Below are positions 57,176 to 64,000 of a DNA stretch of 64,000 bases, piece after piece. The notes under the pieces are model-generated. The model was not told the origin of the DNA and made no database searches. It saw nothing but the letters and a program-made list of their open reading frames with translations. A program made the translations under genes and the position numbers. Source of the stretch: a bacterium (GTDB taxonomy: Bacteria; Patescibacteriota; Microgenomatia; UBA1406; GWC2-37-13); assembly GCA_043821785.1 (NCBI GenBank), contig JBDRCK010000037.1, positions 17,820-81,819 on the forward strand, written 5' to 3'. Positions within the stretch are counted from its first letter, which is position 1, and every line of letters starts with the position of its first letter.

Positions 57176-60054
57176 TAGATGAAATAAAGATAACTGGAGC
57201 TAGAGAACATAATCTTAAAAATATTAGCGTCTCTATTCCTAAGAATAAATTTGTAGTAATAACAGGAGTTTCAGGATCAGGAAAATCATCACTGGCTTTT
57301 GATACTTTATATGCAGAAGGGCAAAGAAGATACGTCGAATCCTTATCTTCATACGCAAGACAATTCTTAGGCATTATGGATAAACCTGATGTTGATAATA
57401 TCGAAGGGCTATCGCCATCTATATCAATAGATCAAAAAACTACATCTCAAAATCCTAGATCCACTGTTGGAACAATTACAGAAATATATGATTATTTAAG
57501 GCTATTATTTGCTCGAATAGGACATCCTCATTGTTCAAATTGTAAATCTGAAATAAAAAAACTTTCACTCGATGAAATTGTATTTAGAACGCAGACAATA
57601 ATAGAAAATGAATTAAAACAGGATAAAATAAAACCCCACAAATTTTTAATTCTGTCCCCTGCGGTAATACAAAAAAAAGGCCAATTTAAAGAGTTATTTG
57701 AAAACTTAATAACTAAAGGATACTCAAAGATTTTTATTGATAAAAAGGAATTCGAATTAAGTAAAGACATTAATTTAATCAAAACAAACAAACATGATAT
57801 TGAAGTTGTTATCGATGAGTTATCTTTAACATATAATAACTATAAAAATAATATTTATAATACAAATTTTAGATCTAGATTATCTAATTCTATTGAACAA
57901 AGCCTTGCTCTTTCAGATGGTTTGGTTATTTTAAAAAATAAACAATCTCATTTATTTTCAGAAGACTTCTCATGTTCAAACTGTAACATTTCATTACCTG
58001 AGCTTGAACCAAGAATGTTTTCATTTAATTCTCCAATTGGAGCATGTAAAAAATGCAAGGGTTTAGGAAACGTATATAAAATAAACGAAGAGTCAATATT
58101 AAATAACAACTTTTCAATAAATGAAGGTGGAATTCTTCCATTCAATAAAATATATTTTTTGGACTCTTGGTATCTAAGACTTTTTAGACAAGCTGCTGAT
58201 GAATACAATATAGATTTAAATAAACCTATAAAAGATTTAGATAAAAAAGATCTAGATATATTACTATACGGCACAAAAAAAATGCATAAAGTAAAAGGTA
58301 AGAATCGTTTTGGTCAAAATACAGTTATAACAGAAGTTTTTGACGGTATTATTGGAGAACTTGAAAGAAGGTTTTTCAATACGGATAAATCATTTAAAGG
58401 TCTAGATTTTAATAAATTTATCAAAGAAGAAGTTTGTGAATCTTGTGAAGGAAAAAAACTTAAAAAAGAAATTTTATCAATTACTATAGATGAAAAAAAT
58501 ATTACTGAATTTGCAGATGAATCAATAATAAATTTATTATCTTATATACGAAACGGTCTTGACAGTAAACTTATAAAATACGAAAAACAAATTTCTAGTT
58601 CGATTACTAAAGAAATAGAAACACGATTAAATTTTTTAGATAATGTTGGGCTTTCGTATCTTACTTTATCACGTTCAACAAAGTCGTTGTCAGGTGGAGA
58701 AGCGCAAAGAATTAGATTAGCTTCTCAAATTGGAACAGGATTAACGGGAGTATTATATGTATTGGATGAACCTTCAATCGGTCTTCATCAAAAAGATATT
58801 TCAGCATTAATAAAAACGCTTAGAGATCTCACAAAATTAGGAAATACATTAGTCGTGGTCGAACACGATCAAACTACTATGGAATCATCAGATTATCTAA
58901 TTGAATTAGGACCAAAAGCTGGTGAAAATGGAGGAAATATAACTTTTAAGGGAACGATTAATGAAATTAAAAAATCTAAAAGTTCAATCACAGGTCAATA
59001 TTTAAGTGGTAGAAAAAACATTAAACTTAATGAAAGTAAACTACAAGTTAAAAAAGGAAATATTAAATTATCAAAAGCTGCTCAATTCAATCTTAAAAAT
59101 GTAGATTTAAATTTGCCACTAGGTAACTTAATAGCAATAACCGGAGTATCTGGGTCAGGTAAATCTACTTTGATCGTTGAAACCCTATATCCTGCTTTAA
59201 AATATTTTATAGAAGGTCATTTTTCAGAAAAAATAGGAAAGTTTGAAAATTTAGAAGGATTCCAATATCTTGACAAAGTATACCTTGTTGACCAATCTCC
59301 TATAGGAAGAACTCCGCGTTCAAATCCTGCTACGTATATTGGCATTTTTGATGGTATTAGAGAGATATATGCGTCTTCAACAGATGCGAAAATTAGAGGT
59401 TTTAATAAGGGTCGTTTTTCATTTAATTTAAAAGGGGGAAGATGTGAAAAATGTCAGGGAGCAGGTGTTATTAAAATAGAAATGCAGTTTTTAGCAGATG
59501 TTTACATAAAGTGTGACGTATGCAATGGCCAAAGGTATAATAAAGAAACTCTAGACGTAAAATATAAAGATTTGTCAATATATGACATTTTAAAAATGAC
59601 TGTTGATGAAGCAAGGGAATTTTTTACAAACTTTTCAAAAGTTTATGACAAATTAGTAGTTCTTCAAGAAGTAGGTCTTGGTTATATTAAATTAGGCCAA
59701 CCTGCTCCAACACTATCAGGTGGCGAAGCTCAAAGGGTAAAGTTAGCCAATGAACTTTCAAAAAAGGGTAGTAATAGTACTTTATATATTCTAGATGAAC
59801 CAACAACTGGTCTTCATTTTTATGACGTAGAAAAACTCTTACACTCCCTTCAAAAGTTGGTTAACAAAGGAAACACTGTTATCATAATAGAACATAACTT
59901 AGATGTAATTAAAAATTCTCAATATGTAGTAGATCTCGGTCCAGAAGGAGGAGATAATGGTGGGCATATTGTTTTTCAAGGTCAAACTAAAAATATAATT
60001 AAGTCGAAAAAATCATACACAGCAGAGTATTTAAAAAAATATTTTATTTATTAA
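57172..60054 (+). CDS. uvrA: Excinuclease ABC subunit A
   Basis: Two ABC modules ([10 protein letters not shown] twice, LSGGEAQR twice) and Cys4 zinc modules. Confidence 0.97.
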   Translation: MIDEIKITGAREHNLKNISVSIPKNKFVVITGVSGSGKSSLAFDTLYAEGQRRYVESLSSYARQFLGIMDKPDVDNIEGLSPSISIDQKTTSQNPRSTVGTITEIYDYLRLLFARIGHPHCSNCKSEIKKLSLDEIVFRTQTIIENELKQDKIKPHKFLILSPAVIQKKGQFKELFENLITKGYSKIFIDKKEFELSKDINLIKTNKHDIEVVIDELSLTYNNYKNNIYNTNFRSRLSNSIEQSLALSDGLVILKNKQSHLFSEDFSCSNCNISLPELEPRMFSFNSPIGACKKCKGLGNVYKINEESILNNNFSINEGGILPFNKIYFLDSWYLRLFRQAADEYNIDLNKPIKDLDKKDLDILLYGTKKMHKVKGKNRFGQNTVITEVFDGIIGELERRFFNTDKSFKGLDFNKFIKEEVCESCEGKKLKKEILSITIDEKNITEFADESIINLLSYIRNGLDSKLIKYEKQISSSITKEIETRLNFLDNVGLSYLTLSRSTKSLSGGEAQRIRLASQIGTGLTGVLYVLDEPSIGLHQKDISALIKTLRDLTKLGNTLVVVEHDQTTMESSDYLIELGPKAGENGGNITFKGTINEIKKSKSSITGQYLSGRKNIKLNESKLQVKKGNIKLSKAAQFNLKNVDLNLPLGNLIAITGVSGSGKSTLIVETLYPALKYFIEGHFSEKIGKFENLEGFQYLDKVYLVDQSPIGRTPRSNPATYIGIFDGIREIYASSTDAKIRGFNKGRFSFNLKGGRCEKCQGAGVIKIEMQFLADVYIKCDVCNGQRYNKETLDVKYKDLSIYDILKMTVDEAREFFTNFSKVYDKLVVLQEVGLGYIKLGQPAPTLSGGEAQRVKLANELSKKGSNSTLYILDEPTTGLHFYDVEKLLHSLQKLVNKGNTVIIIEHNLDVIKNSQYVVDLGPEGGDNGGHIVFQGQTKNIIKSKKSYTAEYLKKYFIY

Positions 60055-60061
60055 TAAAAAT

Positions 60062-61882
60062 ATGGCTAAAAGCAAATTTATAACCTTTATTTGGATTTTA
60101 TTTTTATTTATTTTTATATCTCCATCGTATCTTTTTGCTAAAGATTTTAGAACAAATTACAATGTTAAATATTTTTTAGATTCTCGTCAAAACAAAATTG
60201 AAACCGAGGTTAAATATAATATCAACGTAACCAATCTTAAAGAAGGGCATTATGTAAGTAAGTTTACTTTAAGCTTTCCTACTTCATTTAAAATAGAAAG
60301 TTTAAAAGCAAATGATGATGTGGGAGTAGTTACTCCAAATATTAATCACCAACAAGATTCCATAAATATAGAACTTTCATTTAACAATCCAAATAAAGGA
60401 TTAGGGCAACAGAACAATTTCTACCTTACATTTAAACAACAGAACTTGTTTAATATAAATGGAAATGTTTGGGAAGTAATCCTTCCAGTAATTGAAAAAG
60501 ATAGTGACGAGAATTATCAAATAGAAGTAAATCTCCCTGCAGGTTCTGATAAAAAAATATCAATATCAAAACCATCTCCTGATTTTATTAATAAAAATGT
60601 CATAACATGGACAAATCCTAACACGAAAACTATATATGCAGTTTTTGGAAATAGCCAATTATACGATCTTAACCTTACCTATAATCTCTACAATCCAAAA
60701 ATTACAAATGGTTACACTGATATAGCGCTGCCTCCAGATTTAGTGAATCAGAAAATAATTATTAAATCTATAGATCCGCTTCCGGAAAAAACTTATACCG
60801 ATGAAGATGGTAATTTTTTAGCTAGATACATATTAAAACCTCGTGAAAACAAAATAATAAAATTTTCAGCTATTGCTCAAATAAGCTCCGAACCAAGGGA
60901 AAATGTTAGATTAAACGATATTAAATTATTAGAAAATAAAAAAAGATATCTATTAAACGAATCAAGTTTCTGGAAAATAGATAATGTGGATAAATATAGT
61001 AATTTGAAAACTCCTAGGGATATATACAACTTTATAACAGCTAACTTTAAATACGATTACGACAGAGTGTCTAAAGATATTAAAAGATTAGGCGCAGATT
61101 ATGCATTAAAAAATCCTACGTCTTCTGTTTGCACTGAATTTTCAGACACTTTTGTTGCGCTTGCAAGAGAAAAGGGGATATTTTCAAGAGAGATTCAAGG
61201 TTATGGATTTTCTGATAGTCACGAATTAAGACCTTTATCATTAGTAACAGATATTTTACATTCTTGGCCTCAATATTGGGACCCGAATAGAAATTTATGG
61301 ATATCAATTGATCCTACATGGGAAAATACGTCGGGTATAGATTATTTTTCGTCTTTTGATTTAAACCATATAGTATTTGTAATCCACGGAAAACAACCTG
61401 AATATCCACTACCTGCTGGAATGTACAAAATAAATGATACAAAAGACGTATCTATTAAGCCTACTTCAGAAAATATCATAGAAAATATAAATTTAAATAT
61501 TATATCTAATGTTCCAGATAAAATTAATAAAAATAAAATATTTAAAAGTGTTTTAAAAATAAAAAATAGTAGCAATGTTTTTTTATATTCTGTCCCAATA
61601 GAAATAAAAGCACGTAATATAAATTCAAATATTTCTAAAAATAATATTAATAAATTAGCCCCTTATGAAGAAGTAGACATAATCTTCACTCTTGATCCCA
61701 CAAAAAGTAATTTTAATAAAACACAATTGTCCATTACAGTAAACAATAAAACAGTTTTTAATAAATTAGTTCAATTGAAAAAAAGTTATATAGTCGTTTA
61801 TATAATTTTAATAATATTAAGCACTATTTTATTCTTTTTCATTATAAAAAAAATAAAAAATAAACAGTATGACAATATATAA
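60062..61882 (+). CDS. Secreted/anchored transglutaminase-like cysteine protease-fold protein
   Basis: Signal/TM N-terminus. Cys-His-Asp core: SSVCTEFSDTFVALAREKGI..R...GY, LHSWPQYW, SIDPTW. C-terminal TM plus basic tail. Confidence 0.7.
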   Translation: MAKSKFITFIWILFLFIFISPSYLFAKDFRTNYNVKYFLDSRQNKIETEVKYNINVTNLKEGHYVSKFTLSFPTSFKIESLKANDDVGVVTPNINHQQDSINIELSFNNPNKGLGQQNNFYLTFKQQNLFNINGNVWEVILPVIEKDSDENYQIEVNLPAGSDKKISISKPSPDFINKNVITWTNPNTKTIYAVFGNSQLYDLNLTYNLYNPKITNGYTDIALPPDLVNQKIIIKSIDPLPEKTYTDEDGNFLARYILKPRENKIIKFSAIAQISSEPRENVRLNDIKLLENKKRYLLNESSFWKIDNVDKYSNLKTPRDIYNFITANFKYDYDRVSKDIKRLGADYALKNPTSSVCTEFSDTFVALAREKGIFSREIQGYGFSDSHELRPLSLVTDILHSWPQYWDPNRNLWISIDPTWENTSGIDYFSSFDLNHIVFVIHGKQPEYPLPAGMYKINDTKDVSIKPTSENIIENINLNIISNVPDKINKNKIFKSVLKIKNSSNVFLYSVPIEIKARNINSNISKNNINKLAPYEEVDIIFTLDPTKSNFNKTQLSITVNNKTVFNKLVQLKKSYIVVYIILIILSTILFFFIIKKIKNKQYDNI

Positions 61883-63161
61883 GAAGAATGAAATAAATAA
61901 ATTAAAGCCGTCTTTGGGAGTTTACCTTTTTAAAAGAAAAAACAAAATACTTTATGTTGGGAAATCAATAAATATAAAAGCTCGAATAAAATCTCACATT
62001 GAAAGTGCTAAAAAAGATAAAAAAGAAAATAAGATCATAGAAAAATATGACACAATAGAAATAATTAATACTGATTTTGAATTTAACGCCCTGCTACTTG
62101 AATCCAAATTAATAAATAAATATAAACCGCAATATAATTCACGTTGGAAAGATGATAAAAGTTATATCTATATCAATATATCTAATGATTCAAACTATCC
62201 AAAAATATTTATCACTCGGAAAAATTTCAAAACAAAACGTGCTTATTACGGACCATTTCCTTCAGTTCAAAATACTGAATATATATTAAAACAAATTAGA
62301 AGAATATTCCCATATTGTACGCAGCAAAAATTAAGTAAAAAGGCATGTTTTTATAATAAAATAAAACTTTGTAACCCTTGTCCAAATTTAATAGAAACTG
62401 AAAAAAACATAAAGATAAAACACAAATTAATTAAAGAATATAAACGAAATTTAAATTTCGTAAAAAAAATACTTGAAGGTAAAAACAAAGCAATTGAAAA
62501 AGATTTGTTAAATAAAATTAAAACTTTCTCTCAAAAAGAAAATTATGACCAAGCAATCAACTATAGAAATAAACTTCTTTTATTTCAAAAACTAATTTAT
62601 ATGCATTTATATAACTCTGATTCAGAAAATAAAATATTTAAATCGCCACTAAAAAATTTAAAATTATTTTTGTCAAAATATTTTAATATAAAAAAACTAA
62701 AAAGGATTGAATGCTATGACTTAAGCAATATATCTTTTAAATATTCAACAGGTTCAATGGTAGTGGCAGAAGATGGTCAACTTAATAAAGATGAATATAG
62801 AAAATTTAAGATAAGAAAAGAAAAGAATAATGCAGATTTATTTATGTTAGAAGAAGTTCTAAAAAGAAGATTTAAAAATAACTGGCCTACTCCTGATTTA
62901 CTTTTGGTAGATGGTGGAAAACCTCAAGTAAATACGACGATAAAGATACTAAAAAAACTTAAATTGAATATCCCGATAATAGGAATCGCAAAAAACCCAG
63001 ATAGATTAGTTATTGGAATTAAGGGGTTTCCTACATTGAAGCCAAATCTAACAGAGCAAAAATTTAAATTACTTATTCTGCTTCGCGATGAGTCTCACAG
63101 ATTTGCTAAAAAATATCATCTGTATTTACGCAATCTTAAACTTAACAAGTTAAAATCTTAA
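61869..63161 (+). CDS. uvrC: Excinuclease ABC subunit C, short form (430 aa, apparently lacking the C-terminal (HhH)2 domain)
   Basis: GIY-YIG (GVYLFKRKNKILYVGKSINIKARI), UVR-like helix (NYDQAINYRNKLL), endonuclease domain (IECYDLSN ... LLLVDGGKPQ). Ends shortly after RDESHRFA. Confidence 0.85.
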   Translation: MTIYKKNEINKLKPSLGVYLFKRKNKILYVGKSINIKARIKSHIESAKKDKKENKIIEKYDTIEIINTDFEFNALLLESKLINKYKPQYNSRWKDDKSYIYINISNDSNYPKIFITRKNFKTKRAYYGPFPSVQNTEYILKQIRRIFPYCTQQKLSKKACFYNKIKLCNPCPNLIETEKNIKIKHKLIKEYKRNLNFVKKILEGKNKAIEKDLLNKIKTFSQKENYDQAINYRNKLLLFQKLIYMHLYNSDSENKIFKSPLKNLKLFLSKYFNIKKLKRIECYDLSNISFKYSTGSMVVAEDGQLNKDEYRKFKIRKEKNNADLFMLEEVLKRRFKNNWPTPDLLLVDGGKPQVNTTIKILKKLKLNIPIIGIAKNPDRLVIGIKGFPTLKPNLTEQKFKLLILLRDESHRFAKKYHLYLRNLKLNKLKS

Positions 63162-63164
63162 TGC

Positions 63165-63213
63165 TATATACGGTATTCGGTATACAGTATACTGTATTCG
63201 GTATACTAAATAC
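63165..63213 (+). repeat. Tandem heptamer array E (TATATAC GGTATTC GGTATAC AGTATAC TGTATTC GGTATAC TAAATAC), ending 11 nt before the ATG at 63225
   Basis: Seven consecutive units in exact 7-nt register. Contains three GTATAC palindromes and a 16-nt palindrome at 63182-63197. Confidence 0.7.
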
Positions 63214-63224
63214 TGATTTTATCT

Positions 63225-63623
63225 ATGAAAAAAATACTTCGAATGTTTATTTTTTCAGGAATTGCACTTTACCTGACGTCTTTATGGAATAAAGGATTTG
63301 TACTTACAACTGACCCAAACGAATTTCTAAAAGCTATCATTTTAATAGTTGTTGCTTATTATTTAATTGTCCCTATTTCAAAAGTTGTTCTCTTACCTTT
63401 AAATTTACTTACTTTTGGACTGGTTTCATTTGGTATTTTTACCTTATTTTTATACGTATTAAATTATCATTTAGGTTTTGTACAAATAGGAGATTGGGTT
63501 TTTCAAGGTGGTACATATTTTGGAATTTACTTAAATAACATCATTATTTCTCAAAACGGCAATTTATTTCTGTCAGCTTTTTTTATTTCAGCTATAATTA
63601 GACTATTAGAGTTTTTTACTTAA
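63225..63623 (+). CDS. Small 4-TM membrane protein (possibly phage-holin-4/YvlD-like family)
   Basis: 132 aa with four hydrophobic helices. The family call is tentative. Confidence 0.4.
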   Translation: MKKILRMFIFSGIALYLTSLWNKGFVLTTDPNEFLKAIILIVVAYYLIVPISKVVLLPLNLLTFGLVSFGIFTLFLYVLNYHLGFVQIGDWVFQGGTYFGIYLNNIIISQNGNLFLSAFFISAIIRLLEFFT

Positions 63624-63626
63624 TAA

Positions 63627-63839
63627 ATGAAAGATATATTATTAATTTTGAACATTGTCGTGGCTTTAGTTTTAATAGTATTGATTTTAATTCAGGGGAA
63701 AGGAGCGGGATTAGGTAGTGCGTGGGGCGGTTCAGGAGAAACATATCAAACGAGAAGAGGTGTAGAAAAGTATACCTTTAGAGTTACTGTTATATTTATA
63801 TTTATTTTTTTCTTTTTATCTGTATTAAATCTTTTTTAG
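63627..63839 (+). CDS. secG: Preprotein translocase subunit SecG
   Basis: 70 aa with two TM segments and the central GKGAGLGSAWGG motif. Confidence 0.85.
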   Translation: MKDILLILNIVVALVLIVLILIQGKGAGLGSAWGGSGETYQTRRGVEKYTFRVTVIFIFIFFFLSVLNLF

Positions 63840-63842
63840 TTC

Positions 63843-64000
63843 ATGACTAAAGCTCTTCGTTATTACTATTGGCTACTTAAAGAATTCACAAAGCGTCATC
63901 TTAAAATGATTGCTTTAAGCTTTTTTTTAAGTTTTTTTATTGTAGTTAGTTTAGTATCTTTTTCATCAGTACTAAATAAGTTTTTATTCGCAAATAAAAT
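63843..64000 (+). CDS. Hypothetical membrane-anchored protein (3' partial at the window edge)
   Basis: ATG at 63843; MTKALRYYYWLLKEFTKRHLKMIALSFFLSFFIVVSL... is open to the end of the window. Confidence 0.4.
   Translation, partial: MTKALRYYYWLLKEFTKRHLKMIALSFFLSFFIVVSLVSFSSVLNKFLFANK

Noticed and set aside
63182-63197. ATACAGTATACTGTAT palindrome as an E. coli-type LexA SOS box near uvrC
   Set aside because: The E. coli box is CTGT-N8-ACAG, whereas here the half-sites are in the opposite arrangement (ACAG-N4-CTGT). The palindrome arises from the heptamer array itself, and it lies downstream of uvrC rather than upstream.

Overview
AT-rich bacterial chromosome segment (by eye about 30% GC) that is gene-dense, with many ATGA start/stop overlaps and the standard genetic code (TGA is used as a stop). 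Gene content, small protein sizes and synteny suggest a reduced-genome, Candidate Phyla Radiation/Patescibacteria-like organism. That placement is inference; no database search was possible.

Content in order:
- A cell-wall/division cluster: murA, dgkA, mraY, murD, ftsW, murG, ftsQ, ftsA, ftsZ.
- ileS, rodA, rplU, rpmA, a ParB-like HTH protein and lepB.
- tRNA-Val, followed by two orphan genes and a large secreted hybrid hydrolase.
- A roughly 9 kb tightly coupled glycan cluster: two Zn-ribbon methyltransferases, GT2, a GT2-Wzx fusion, two GT4, GT2, a Wzy/O-antigen-ligase-like protein and an Ig-like surface protein.
- tRNA-Thr, an unassigned GC-rich structured RNA of about 185 nt, and tRNA-Gly.
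- A LysM protein, PolX, LemA-HtpX, an AsnB-like/CofE-like fusion, gatCAB and dnaE.
- A complete F1Fo ATP synthase operon, then topA, pyrG, rplS, yraN and tRNA-Glu.
- rsmI, dedA, uvrB (frameshifted), uvrA, a transglutaminase-like protein, uvrC and secG.

No CRISPR array, rRNA, transposase or recognisable defence system was seen.

Most notable observations:
1. Tandem 7-bp arrays (consensus about TGTATAC) recur immediately upstream of dgkA, lepB, tRNA-Val, topA and the gene at 63225.
2. An unassigned GC-rich RNA with tRNA-like modules sits between two tRNAs.
3. A single ORF fuses an AsnB-type amidotransferase to a CofE-like domain, next to gatCAB.
4. uvrB is split by a +1 frameshift in an A10 tract, downstream of a 16-nt palindrome that overlaps its promoter.
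5. A GT2-Wzx fusion lies inside a compact Wzx/Wzy-type glycan locus.

All functional calls come from motif recognition in the supplied translations.
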